NCBI GenBank assembly: GCA_964605355.1
Contig: CAZSCE010000003.1
Location: forward strand, 1 to 55,667
Direction: 5' to 3'
DNA length: 55,667 nucleotides
Source: an uncultured Candidatus Saccharibacteria bacterium
GTDB taxonomy: Bacteria; Patescibacteriota; Minisyncoccia; Phycocordibacterales; GWA1-40-21
Shown here: piece after piece, positions 7,846 to 16,034 of the stretch
Position numbering within the stretch: the first letter of the stretch is position 1
Layout: every line of letters begins with the position of its first letter
The notes under the pieces: model-generated
What the model was told of the DNA's origin: nothing
Database searches by the model: none
The model's input: the letters and a program-made list of their open reading frames with translations, nothing else
Position numbers and translations under genes: made by a program

Positions 7846-7932
7846 GGAGGAGTGCCTGAGTGGTTTAAAGGAACAGTCTTGAAAACTGTCGCGCTCGCAA
7901 GGGTGCCGTGAGTTCGAATCTCACCTCCTCCG
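7846..7932 (+). tRNA. tRNA-Ser(TGA)
   Basis: GGAGGAG...ACAGT-CTTGAAA-ACTGT, long variable arm, GTGAG-TTCGAAT-CTCAC-CTCCTCC-G. Confidence 0.95.
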
Positions 7933-8089
7933 CCGAAATTTTAAGCGTAAAATTCGCGTCGAAATTAGTAAATTTTGACGCTGTTATTCCATATAATGTT
8001 TTTATGCTATAATTAATGTCTTATTAGAAAAGTTAATTCACCCACCAAAATTTTTATTAAATAAAAACTTAGGCGGGTAAAATAAAAAT

Positions 8090-8149
8090 ATGGCCAAAGG
8101 AAATAATAGGCAACAAAAAGAGAAGAAGAAACCAAAGAAGGCAAAATAG
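8090..8149 (+). CDS. 19-aa Lys-rich micropeptide MAKGNNRQQKEKKKPKKAK
   Basis: Own promoter (TGCTATAAT at about 8005-8013) and terminator (8156-8192); below the ORF-track cutoff. Confidence 0.55.
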   Translation: MAKGNNRQQKEKKKPKKAK

Positions 8150-8155
8150 ATAAAA

Positions 8156-8192
8156 TAAAAACTTCCTGAAATGATCAGGAAGTTTTTATTTT
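8156..8192. terminator. Bidirectional intrinsic terminator
   Basis: AAAAACTTCCTGA-AATGA-TCAGGAAGTTTTT. Confidence 0.85.
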
Positions 8193-8472
8193 ATTGAAGG
8201 TTGGGGTTTTTAGGGTCAGAGAAATGTTCTGGCGCAATTGGGTTTATTATTTTTGATTTTTTTGGCCAATTGTAAATGATTAAATAAATTATCTCCAAAA
8301 TTCCCACAGTGTTCACAATAAGTAACGCAATAAACCAGATCTTTTGACCATTTCGGGCTGATTGCCAGAGAGCCAAGGCCTTCCAGATAATAATCCAGAT
8401 AAGTAAAAAAGGAATCCAGGGATTATTTTGTAAATATGTTGCTAGAGCGTCATTTAAAATTTGATTATTCAT
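8191..8472 (-). CDS. Small membrane protein (DUF5652-like)
   Basis: WK.LALW.SAR..QK.WFI.LL..NT.GILEIIYL pattern; start at ATG 8472 after TATAAT-N6. Confidence 0.75.
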   Translation of the reverse strand: MNNQILNDALATYLQNNPWIPFLLIWIIIWKALALWQSARNGQKIWFIALLIVNTVGILEIIYLIIYNWPKKSKIINPIAPEHFSDPKNPNLQ

Positions 8473-8531
8473 CACATAATTATACACCTTTTTTTGTTTT
8501 GTAAAAGGGGTTTTTAGTGTAAGATAGAGGG

Positions 8532-8927
8532 ATGAAATATTTAGGGATTGATTTTGGGGAGAAAAGAGTGGGGATAGCCATGTCTGATGATGATGGTAAA
8601 ATAGCTTTTCCAACCGTGGTTTTGGCCAATAATGAGGATTTAATGAAGGGGATTGTGGATTTGTGTATGAAAAATGCGGTAGAAACAGTGGTGATGGGGG
8701 AAAGCCGGGACTATCAAGGCCAAATAAACCCTATCATGTGGAAAATTGAAGGTTTTAAAAAGCAGTTAGAAACTATTGGTTTTAAGGTGGTGTTTGAGCC
8801 GGAATTTATGACTTCCGTTCAGGCCAGTCAGATTACCGGAGAAAATAAGATGCTGGATGCCTCCGCCGCGGCCATAATTTTACAAAGTTATTTAAACAGA
8901 AACACAACCGCCCCGTCATCAGAATGA
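8532..8927 (+). CDS. ruvX: YqgF/RuvX family nuclease
   Basis: LGIDFGEKRVGIA.SD, E..TS, D..AAAIILQSYL. Confidence 0.92.
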   Translation: MKYLGIDFGEKRVGIAMSDDDGKIAFPTVVLANNEDLMKGIVDLCMKNAVETVVMGESRDYQGQINPIMWKIEGFKKQLETIGFKVVFEPEFMTSVQASQITGENKMLDASAAAIILQSYLNRNTTAPSSE

Positions 8928-9030
8928 CACCCCGCCTTGACTAAGGCGGGGAAAGGGAACGTAAAAAGTTAGGTCCCCTTTCTCCTCCTTGATTAAGGAG
9001 GAGTACCGAGTCGGCGAGGGGAGGTGGTGG
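8904..9030. repeat. Family A element, full copy; supplies the ruvX C-terminus and stop codon
   Basis: ACAACCGCCCCGTCATCAGAATGACACCCCGCCTT-N-AAGGCGGGG...CTCCTCCTT-N-AAGGAGGAG...GAGGTGGT. Confidence 0.85.
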
Positions 9031-9047
9031 AGTTAATTTAAAAAAAC

Positions 9048-9416
9048 ATGGAAGAAAATATAATAAAAATAGAAGAGGTGGCGAAAATAAAATATGAAGA
9101 TTGGAAAAAAGTGGAAATTAAAATTGGCCAAATTTTAACCGTGGAGCCAATTGAGAAATCAGAAAAATTATTAAAATTATCTGTAGATTTTACTGAGGCT
9201 ACTGGCCCACGACAAATTATTTCCGGTATTGCCAAGTATTTTCCTGATATCTCTGTTTTGGTAAATAAAAAGTGTGCTTTCGTGACAAATTTAGAGCCAA
9301 AACCGCTGATGGGGATGGAGAGCAATGGTATGATACTGGCCGTGGGTGGTGGGGAAGAGCCATTTTCAATATTTGAGGTTAGCGCTGAAATTAAAACGGG
9401 CACCCAGGCAAAATAA
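9048..9416 (+). CDS. Stand-alone tRNA-binding OB-fold protein (MetRS C-terminal/Trbp111/CsaA family)
   Basis: KLL.L.VD, RQIISGIA, NLEP..LMGMESNGMILA. Confidence 0.9.
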   Translation: MEENIIKIEEVAKIKYEDWKKVEIKIGQILTVEPIEKSEKLLKLSVDFTEATGPRQIISGIAKYFPDISVLVNKKCAFVTNLEPKPLMGMESNGMILAVGGGEEPFSIFEVSAEIKTGTQAK

Positions 9417-9418
9417 TT

Positions 9419-10027
9419 ATGAAACATCTATTTGATATCATGTATTTAATTGATTATGTTGGATTAATAGGTATTTTTGCTATTATTTTTACTGAGTCTG
9501 GTTTGTTCTTTGGCTTTTTTCTACCCGGTGACTCACTTTTGTTTACTGCTGGCTTTGTGGCTTCTCAGGGGTTGTTACCTTTCCCCGCCTTACTCACGGG
9601 CTCTATAATTTGTGCTGTTTCTGCTGGTTATATTGGTTATTGGTTTGGCCGAACGGTGGGGCATAAATTATTTGAAAAGGCAGACTCCTTATTTTTTAGG
9701 AAAAAGCATTTAGAAGACACCAAAAAGTTTTTCGAAAAATATGGTAACAAGACAGTGCTTTTGTCCCGCTTTGTGCCTATTATTAGAACTTTTGCCCCTA
9801 TTATGGCTGGTGTGGGGGAGATGAATTTTAAACATTTTTCTTTTTGGAATATATTTGGCGGGATTTTATGGCCCAGTATTATGATTACCGCCGGTTTCTA
9901 TCTAGGTCGCCTTATTCCTGGGATAGAAAATTTTTTATTACCAATAGTCCTTCTTATTGTTATTGCCTCTGTTCTTCCTGGGGTTTATGAGTGGTATAAA
10001 AGCAAGAGAATTAAAAAAGTGCTATAA
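9419..10027 (+). CDS. DedA family membrane protein
   Basis: F.ESGLFFGFFLPGDSLLFTAG, RFVPIIRTFAP. Confidence 0.93.
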   Translation: MKHLFDIMYLIDYVGLIGIFAIIFTESGLFFGFFLPGDSLLFTAGFVASQGLLPFPALLTGSIICAVSAGYIGYWFGRTVGHKLFEKADSLFFRKKHLEDTKKFFEKYGNKTVLLSRFVPIIRTFAPIMAGVGEMNFKHFSFWNIFGGILWPSIMITAGFYLGRLIPGIENFLLPIVLLIVIASVLPGVYEWYKSKRIKKVL

Positions 10028-10044
10028 TATTAGGAGATAAATTT

Positions 10045-11109
10045 ATGTCTCAGAAAGTATTATATTCAAAAACATTTAAACCACCTAAATTCCTAGAGAT
10101 GTCCTCAGTGGCGGTGGAAATACTGCCTAGTGGTATTACTTTTTTGTTGACCAAAGCCACTGAGTCCGGTTTGGTTCCAGAAATGCAGGGGTTTATTTCT
10201 TTGCCACCTGGGGCAGTAGAGCAAGGGAAAATTTTTAAGCGTGAGCCGGTGGTCAAGGCCTTGATAGAAATTAGAGAAAAGACCAAGGTTAGTTTTGCCC
10301 GGTTATCTATTCCTGAGGAGAAAACTTATATTTTTAAAACCTCCCTACCGGAGATGGCCGCTGATGAAGTCCGAGACATCATTGATTTTAAAATTGAAGA
10401 AAATGTACCTCTGTCCTCCAAAGAAGCAGTTTTTGATTACGATATTATCCCCAATGTTAAAAAGAAAAGTGGTTTAGAAGTGGTGGTGTCAGTTACACCA
10501 TTAGATTTTGTGATGGATTTACAAAGTCTTTTTGATTCCGCTGGTCTCACCCCAGTATTTTTTAGCCCGGAATCAAATAATGTGGCTAAATCTGTGGTAA
10601 AAGAGGGGAATCAGCAGGTGGTAGTAGTTGCTAATATTCGCGAATCAAACATTATTTTATCACTAGTTATTTATGGGGTGGTTTGTCAGACAGCCTCACT
10701 AAATTTTGGTAGTAGTACTTTTACAGATTTACTGGCAAAATATTTTAAAGTGACTACGGCGGAGGCGGCTAAAATTAAAAATGAAAAGTTGTATACTGAG
10801 AATTCTGATAATATGGAAATATTTTCTTATCTTATAAATACCATTTCTGCTATTAAAGATGAGATCTATAAATTTATTTCTTATTGTAATGAGCGGGAAG
10901 ACGTGACCGGAGAAGTGGATAGGATTATCTTGTGTGGCCGTGACGCCTTGATTGTGGGGATGGATAGGTATTTAGCTTTAAATTTGGATATGAGTGTCAG
11001 CGTAGCTAATGTTTGGATTAATAATTTTGAAGCAGAGAATTATGTGCCAGAAATAAACAAACTGGACTCCATGGATTTAGCTGTTCTAAACGGGTTAAGT
11101 CAATTTTAA
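10045..11109 (+). CDS. Type IV pilus assembly protein PilM-like (actin-like fold)
   Basis: G.V..G.I, EENVP....A.FDY, ILCG motifs; first gene of a pilMNO-like operon. Confidence 0.75.
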   Translation: MSQKVLYSKTFKPPKFLEMSSVAVEILPSGITFLLTKATESGLVPEMQGFISLPPGAVEQGKIFKREPVVKALIEIREKTKVSFARLSIPEEKTYIFKTSLPEMAADEVRDIIDFKIEENVPLSSKEAVFDYDIIPNVKKKSGLEVVVSVTPLDFVMDLQSLFDSAGLTPVFFSPESNNVAKSVVKEGNQQVVVVANIRESNIILSLVIYGVVCQTASLNFGSSTFTDLLAKYFKVTTAEAAKIKNEKLYTENSDNMEIFSYLINTISAIKDEIYKFISYCNEREDVTGEVDRIILCGRDALIVGMDRYLALNLDMSVSVANVWINNFEAENYVPEINKLDSMDLAVLNGLSQF

Positions 11110-11111
11110 TT

Positions 11112-11660
11112 ATGGCAAATTTAATTACTGAAAAACAAAAAAAGTTAATAAAAATTGATTATTTGATGAGACTGTTTTCACTTTCCCTCATCATGCCTTC
11201 CGCCCTGCTCGGTATTTTTTTGTTGGCTTACGTAATTCCTTATTATCTATCTATTAATAAAAAAGATCAGATCGTGGCCGGGCAGTTTACCGCCGTTCTT
11301 AATGCTGAGAACAGAGAAAATGTTGGGGAAAGTACCACTCAATTAATGGGCCGAACTACAGAGGAGATAAAGGCTCTAGAGTTTTATAATACAAAATCTT
11401 TGATGCCGTTAGATTATTTTAATAAAATTATTGGGAATAAAAATCCAAATATTAGTTTAAGTAAGATGTCAGTTTACTCAGTAAAGGTGGGGGAAATACA
11501 AATTGTTATAAGTGGAGTATCTAAAAATAGGGAAGGGTTAGTCCTCTTTATTCAAGATTTAAAGTCTAAAGCGGGGTTTGCTAGCGTTACTTCACCCATT
11601 TCTGATTTTGCCAAAAATATGGATATTTCATTTACCATAAACATTAATAGTCCTATATGA
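11112..11660 (+). CDS. PilN-like protein
   Basis: N-terminal MANL, single TM, ISG.SK.RE.L..F...L, F..V.SP.S; follows the pilM-like gene. Confidence 0.65.
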   Translation: MANLITEKQKKLIKIDYLMRLFSLSLIMPSALLGIFLLAYVIPYYLSINKKDQIVAGQFTAVLNAENRENVGESTTQLMGRTTEEIKALEFYNTKSLMPLDYFNKIIGNKNPNISLSKMSVYSVKVGEIQIVISGVSKNREGLVLFIQDLKSKAGFASVTSPISDFAKNMDISFTININSPI

Positions 11661-12208
11661 AAATAAATTTTTCCAAAAAAATATTTATAGTTTCTATTAC
11701 AATTTTTATTGTAGTTTTAGCTATGGATATGGTTTCTTCATATTTATTAATAAACAAGATTATAGATATTAATAATAAAGTAAAGCAACTAAATATTTCC
11801 TCCCAAGATAGGTTAAAACAATTATCCTTAAATGATGCTATTAGTAGTTCTGTGAAAGAAAGAGAGAAATTAACCGGTTACTTTGTGGGGCCAGGGGATC
11901 TGAATACAGTAGATTTTACTAAATCACTAGAAGATTTGGCTGATATTATGGGTGTTACTCAGAAAAAAAGCTTGGCCTATGAAGAGGTGCCTGGCTTGGC
12001 TTCAGCTGGTGCGGTTCAATCTATTAGATACAAGTTTACTGTCTCCGGCAAGTGGGCAAATGTTTATAATTTTGTTCACGCTATTGAAAATTTACCAAAA
12101 ATATCTGCTCTGGCCAGCGTATCATTTATTTATAGTGCTGGGGATAAAGCTGGTGCTGGGGTGTGGTTTGCGGATTTAGATTTTTCCGTTTTAAAACTAA
12201 AAAATTAA
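11657..12208 (+). CDS. PilO-like protein
   Basis: N-terminal TM, G.W..V..F...IENLP motif; operon position. Confidence 0.65.
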   Translation: MKINFSKKIFIVSITIFIVVLAMDMVSSYLLINKIIDINNKVKQLNISSQDRLKQLSLNDAISSSVKEREKLTGYFVGPGDLNTVDFTKSLEDLADIMGVTQKKSLAYEEVPGLASAGAVQSIRYKFTVSGKWANVYNFVHAIENLPKISALASVSFIYSAGDKAGAGVWFADLDFSVLKLKN

Positions 12209-12209
12209 T

Positions 12210-12551
12210 ATGAAAAAAATTAATTTAAAAAACCTCTTAAAAAGAAAAGCTGAGTCTATAAAATTTGGGACAACTCCCGCTTGGCCAATACATCATATTC
12301 GAGACTGGAAAATTTTAGTTTACACTTTTGCTATTGGTTTGATAGCTATTTCAATATTTTCCTGGCAAATATACCTGAGTAATGAAATTGCTGGAGGCTA
12401 TTTAAATATTCAAGATGCTAATCAGCAGGTTCCGGCCAAGGCTATAAATTTAAAAAAATTACAAGCCGATCTATTAATTTTAGAAACCAGGCAGACTGAC
12501 TATTTAAAAATTAAAGCTAATCCAGTAAAATTGGTTGACCCAAGCCTTTAA
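12210..12551 (+). CDS. Single-TM protein closing the pilMNO-like operon
   Basis: RDWK + TM helix, C-terminal VDPS; starts 1 nt after the pilO-like stop. Confidence 0.6.
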   Translation: MKKINLKNLLKRKAESIKFGTTPAWPIHHIRDWKILVYTFAIGLIAISIFSWQIYLSNEIAGGYLNIQDANQQVPAKAINLKKLQADLLILETRQTDYLKIKANPVKLVDPSL

Positions 12552-12620
12552 AACTGTTATATTCTCTCTTGTTCTTTGAATTTGGTACATAGGGTTAGAA
12601 TAGTGTGGTATAATCCTTAT

Positions 12621-12962
12621 ATGCCATACAAAGATAGGAAAAATCTCTATGCCGCACAGAAAAGACACCGTGTGAGGATAAGAGAAAAACTTTTTATATT
12701 TTTGTCTTCGAAATCTTGTTTTGATTGCGGGGAGAAGGATCCTGTGGTTTTAGATTTTGACCATCGTGAACATTCTAAAAAATTTAAAACTATTGGACGA
12801 ATGTTGTCGGGACATTATTCTTGGGTTTCTGTATTACATGAGATAGAAAAATGTGAAATAAGATGCGCAAACTGTCATAGGCGTAAGACCTATATTGAAC
12901 AAAAAAGTTGGGGTAGGGGCATATGCTCCCATAGCTTAATGGATAAAGCAGGACTCTTCTAA
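12621..12962 (+). CDS. HNH-type endonuclease (CxxC...FDH...CANCH); stop codon lies in the tRNA-Arg anticodon loop
   Basis: SCFDCGE.DPVVLDFDH...EIEKCEIRCANCHRRKT; start at ATG 12621 after TGG-TATAAT-N6. Confidence 0.85.
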   Translation: MPYKDRKNLYAAQKRHRVRIREKLFIFLSSKSCFDCGEKDPVVLDFDHREHSKKFKTIGRMLSGHYSWVSVLHEIEKCEIRCANCHRRKTYIEQKSWGRGICSHSLMDKAGLF

Positions 12963-12996
12963 GGTCTTGATGGGGGTTCGATTCCCTCTGGGGGCA
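12925..12996 (+). tRNA. tRNA-Arg(TCT)
   Basis: GCTCCCA-TA-GCTT...GGACT-CTTCTAA-GGTCT...GGGGG-TTCGATT-CCCTC-TGGGGGC-A. Confidence 0.93.
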
Positions 12997-13061
12997 CAAA
13001 AATAGAAAATATGTTAATATAATAAACAGATCACTGAACCTTTAGGGGAAGGAAGTAGTTA

Positions 13062-13406
13062 ATGAATAAGTATGCCCGACCTATAATTTGGACATTTTTT
13101 CTGGTGACGGTGCTATGCGGCTGCCAAACTACTGGTATAAAGCGCCAGGTCTATACACAAGGAGAGGTGCCGGCAGTTGGGGAATATGTGTACGTTTTTG
13201 ATGTCATTAGCTATTTTCAGTCTGGCCAAATGAAACATGTACTTGTTTGGAAAATAGCTGGTGAACAAACAGTTCGTACGGCACACCTTTTTGGTTTTTG
13301 TTTTTCAGGCCTTCAGAATTACAATAGTCAGGGTTGGTACTTAATTCAAGCTGATCCAGAAACTGAGAGACACTTCCAACCGGTAAAGATGGATAAGTTT
13401 GAATAA
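13062..13406 (+). CDS. Orphan putative lipoprotein
   Basis: Signal-like N-terminus with VLCG-C lipobox-like motif; purine-rich RBS GGAAGGAAG; hairpin plus T-run at 13436-13460. Confidence 0.55.
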   Translation: MNKYARPIIWTFFLVTVLCGCQTTGIKRQVYTQGEVPAVGEYVYVFDVISYFQSGQMKHVLVWKIAGEQTVRTAHLFGFCFSGLQNYNSQGWYLIQADPETERHFQPVKMDKFE

Positions 13407-13466
13407 TGGTTCGGGATACCATGGTAAGTTCTCCCAAGGCCGAGCATCCGCTGGCCTTTTATTTTG

Positions 13467-13539
13467 TGGGCGGTAGAGGGCTCGAACCCCTGACATCGTC
13501 AGTGTAAATGACGCGCTCTACCAACTGAGCTAACCGCCC
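13467..13539 (-). tRNA. tRNA-Val(TAC)
   Basis: GGGCGGT-TA-GCTCAGTTGGTAGAGC...CGTCA-TTTACAC-TGACG...GGTTCGAG. Confidence 0.95.
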
Positions 13540-13606
13540 ATAGGCAATAGATTAACCTAAATTTCAAGATAATGCAATTTTTCTCATTTTATGTTAGAAC
13601 TTAGGG

Positions 13607-14326
13607 ATGGAAATAGAAATCCTTTATGAAGATAAGAATCTATTGGCGGTGAATAAACCAAGCGGTCTTGTGATACATACTGATGGCCGCACTAAAGAGG
13701 AGGCCCTGACAGGCTGGATTAAGAAAAAATATCCTGAGTGTGAAGAGGTGGGAGAGCCTTTAAAAATTGGTACTGGTGAGACTATAAAAAGATGGGGAAT
13801 AGTACATAGAATTGACCGGGAGACATCCGGGGTGGTGGTTATTGCTAAAAATCAGAAAACTTATCTTTTTTTAAAAAAGCAGTTTTTGGATAGAGAGATA
13901 GAAAAGTCATATCATGCCATAGTCTATGGTGATGTGCGTTATGACGAGGGAATAATTAATTTACCTATTGGTAGAAACCAAAGTGACTTTAGAAAAAGAG
14001 CCACGGGTAAGGAGGTGCGTGGGGAGGCACGGGAGGCTATTACTCATTACAAAACTCTAGCTAGAAAAGAAAGGATTTCTCTAATTGAAGCAAACCCTAG
14101 AACAGGGCGTACCCATCAGCTCCGCGTGCATTTTGCGGATATTGGTCATGGAATTATTAGTGACCGTTTATATGGTGTCTCTAAAAAATCTCCAATTGAT
14201 ATCAAACGTTTAGCCTTGCATGCTTATGCTATAGAGTTTGAATTACCGGAAGGGAAACTAATAAAAATAATTGCGCCTTACCCACCAGATTTCCAAAAGG
14301 CGGTGAGCTTCTTTAAATTTGCCTAA
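13607..14326 (+). CDS. RluA/RluD family pseudouridine synthase
   Basis: VNKPSGL, GIVHRIDRETSG, TGRTHQLRVH, LHA. Confidence 0.95.
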   Translation: MEIEILYEDKNLLAVNKPSGLVIHTDGRTKEEALTGWIKKKYPECEEVGEPLKIGTGETIKRWGIVHRIDRETSGVVVIAKNQKTYLFLKKQFLDREIEKSYHAIVYGDVRYDEGIINLPIGRNQSDFRKRATGKEVRGEAREAITHYKTLARKERISLIEANPRTGRTHQLRVHFADIGHGIISDRLYGVSKKSPIDIKRLALHAYAIEFELPEGKLIKIIAPYPPDFQKAVSFFKFA

Positions 14327-14353
14327 ATTATTTAATTGTGCTAGATTACGGGA

Positions 14354-14737
14354 ATGAAAATTTCATCAGTAAACATTGAAGAGCGAAAGAAACTATCCCT
14401 CAAAGCTGGGGATACTGTTCGTATTCACCAAAAAATTGTAGAAGGAGACAAAAGCCGAATCCAGATTTTTGAAGGTTTGATGATTGCTCGTAAACACGGT
14501 AATGAAGCTGGTGGTACTATGACTGTGAGAAAGGTGATTGATGGAGTGGGGGTAGAGAGAATTTTCCCATTTTACTCACCAAATATTGATAAGATAGAGG
14601 TGGTCAGAAGTTCCAAGACTCGCCGAGCCAAACTATACAATGTCCGTGACAAAGCCGCCAAGGAAATCCGCCGTAAGATGAAAAATATTATTAATGCCAA
14701 GGAAGTAGTTGAGGAAGCTCCAGTTGAAACTAAATAA
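14354..14737 (+). CDS. rplS: 50S ribosomal protein L19
   Basis: [32 protein letters not shown]. Confidence 0.98.
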   Translation: MKISSVNIEERKKLSLKAGDTVRIHQKIVEGDKSRIQIFEGLMIARKHGNEAGGTMTVRKVIDGVGVERIFPFYSPNIDKIEVVRSSKTRRAKLYNVRDKAAKEIRRKMKNIINAKEVVEEAPVETK

Positions 14738-14739
14738 AT

Positions 14740-14779
14740 AAAAACAAAAACTCCAGTTTAAAGACTGGAGTTTTTGTTT
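14740..14779 (+). terminator. Intrinsic terminator after rplS
   Basis: AAACAAAAACTCCAGT-TTAAAG-ACTGGAGTTTTTGTTT. Confidence 0.85.
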
Positions 14780-14806
14780 GTTTTAAGCTATATTTAGCAT
14801 TCAAAT

Positions 14807-14890
14807 GCCCGGGTGGCGAAATTGGTAGACGTACTACCTTGAGGTGGTAGCGCCTTTACAGGCATGGGAGTTCAAGTCTCCCCCCGCGCA
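14807..14890 (+). tRNA. tRNA-Leu(GAG)
   Basis: GCCCGGG-TG-GCGAAATTGGTAGAC...CTACC-TTGAGGT-GGTAG, variable arm, GGGAG-TTCAAGT-CTCCC. Confidence 0.93.
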
Positions 14891-14914
14891 CAAAGAAGTG
14901 ATATAATAGATATT

Positions 14915-15475
14915 ATGTTATACACAAAAAGTGGAGATGACGGTAAAACAAGTTTGTTTCATTGTGACCAAAGAATGTCTAAAAGTTCCTTGGTAGCTGA
15001 AGCTTTGGGTTCTTTAGACGAGGCCAATTCTTTTTTGGGAGTTGTTAAGGCTAAATTAGCTGAAAGAAACATTACTTTATTTTCCGTGGGTCCGGAAAGA
15101 GCGGCGGATATTATTCAAGAGATGCAGGAAAATCTTTTTACTATTCAAGCCGAGGTGGCTGGGGCAGATAAAGATGTTAATGCGGAAAAAATAAAAGAAG
15201 TTGAAGATTTGATTTCTAGTATAGAAAAAGAAATTCCTCCTATTACTTCTTTTATAATTCCTGGTGGTTGTACAGAGTCGGCTGAATTAGATTTTGCTAG
15301 AACACTAATCAGAAGAACGGAGAGACAGGTGGTGGCGGTGGTGGAAGAGGGTATAGTCAAAGTCTCTCCAAATACTTTAGCCTATATAAACCGTTTATCC
15401 AGTCTTTTATTCGCCCTAGCTAGACTTTCCGCCCATAAAAGTGGTGTTAAGGAAAATAGCCCCAGTTACGAATAG
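14915..15475 (+). CDS. ATP:cob(I)alamin adenosyltransferase (PduO type)
   Basis: LYTKSGDDG.TSL, G.LDEANS, F.IPGG, ART..RR.ER, Y.NRLS.LLF.LAR; start at ATG 14915. Confidence 0.92.
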   Translation: MLYTKSGDDGKTSLFHCDQRMSKSSLVAEALGSLDEANSFLGVVKAKLAERNITLFSVGPERAADIIQEMQENLFTIQAEVAGADKDVNAEKIKEVEDLISSIEKEIPPITSFIIPGGCTESAELDFARTLIRRTERQVVAVVEEGIVKVSPNTLAYINRLSSLLFALARLSAHKSGVKENSPSYE

Positions 15476-15542
15476 GGAAGCACTGATATTTCTGAAATAT
15501 TCAGAAGTTGTCTTAATAACTATTTGATGATATACTTAAGGC

Positions 15543-16034
15543 ATGATTGCTAAATGCTTAAATTGTAAAATTCCTTTTTATACAAAACCATCTTGGGTAA
15601 AGAGTGGTGGTGGAAAATATTGTTCATTAAATTGTAAATACATCGCCTCAAAAGTGGGGGAGAATATCCCTTGTTTTACTTGTGGCAAAGTCGTTTATCA
15701 TCCAAAGGCTCGAATAGCCAAATCAAAGAGTAAAAAATATTTTTGTGGTAAGTCCTGCCAAACAATCTGGCGAAACTCTTACTTTATAGGTAAAAAGCAT
15801 GCAAATTATAAAGACGGCCGGTCTACCTATCGAGATGTTTTAATTAGAAATAAAATTCTGGCCGTTTGCAGATTATGTAAAACTAATGATAAACGTGTTC
15901 TTGCTGGACACCATCTAAATAAGGATAGAAGGGATAATAGGGTTGAAAATTTGGTCTGGCTGTGTCACAATTGCCATCACCTCATTCATCACTATGATAT
16001 TGAGGCAAGAAAGCTTATGGTGGCTATAGTTTAG
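15543..16034 (+). CDS. Zinc-finger repeat plus HNH endonuclease; stop codon lies in the tRNA-His D-arm
   Basis: Two CxxC...(Y/F)CxxxC modules, then CRLC...GHHLNKDRRDNRVENLVWLCHNCH. Confidence 0.87.
   Translation: MIAKCLNCKIPFYTKPSWVKSGGGKYCSLNCKYIASKVGENIPCFTCGKVVYHPKARIAKSKSKKYFCGKSCQTIWRNSYFIGKKHANYKDGRSTYRDVLIRNKILAVCRLCKTNDKRVLAGHHLNKDRRDNRVENLVWLCHNCHHLIHHYDIEARKLMVAIV

Noticed and set aside
7607-7911. ORFs 7607-7795 (-) and 7708-7911 (+)
   Set aside because: Translations of repeat families A/B and tRNA-Ser, with no independent coding signal.
12790-12999. 69-aa minus-strand ORF MCPQRESNPH...
   Set aside because: Typical antisense-tRNA shadow ORF.
14864-14914. Apparent overlap of the adenosyltransferase ORF with tRNA-Leu as a third tRNA-overlap case
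   Set aside because: Family homology starts at MLYTKSGD (14915), which has its own TGA-TATAAT-N7 promoter. The upstream ATG inside the tRNA is incidental.
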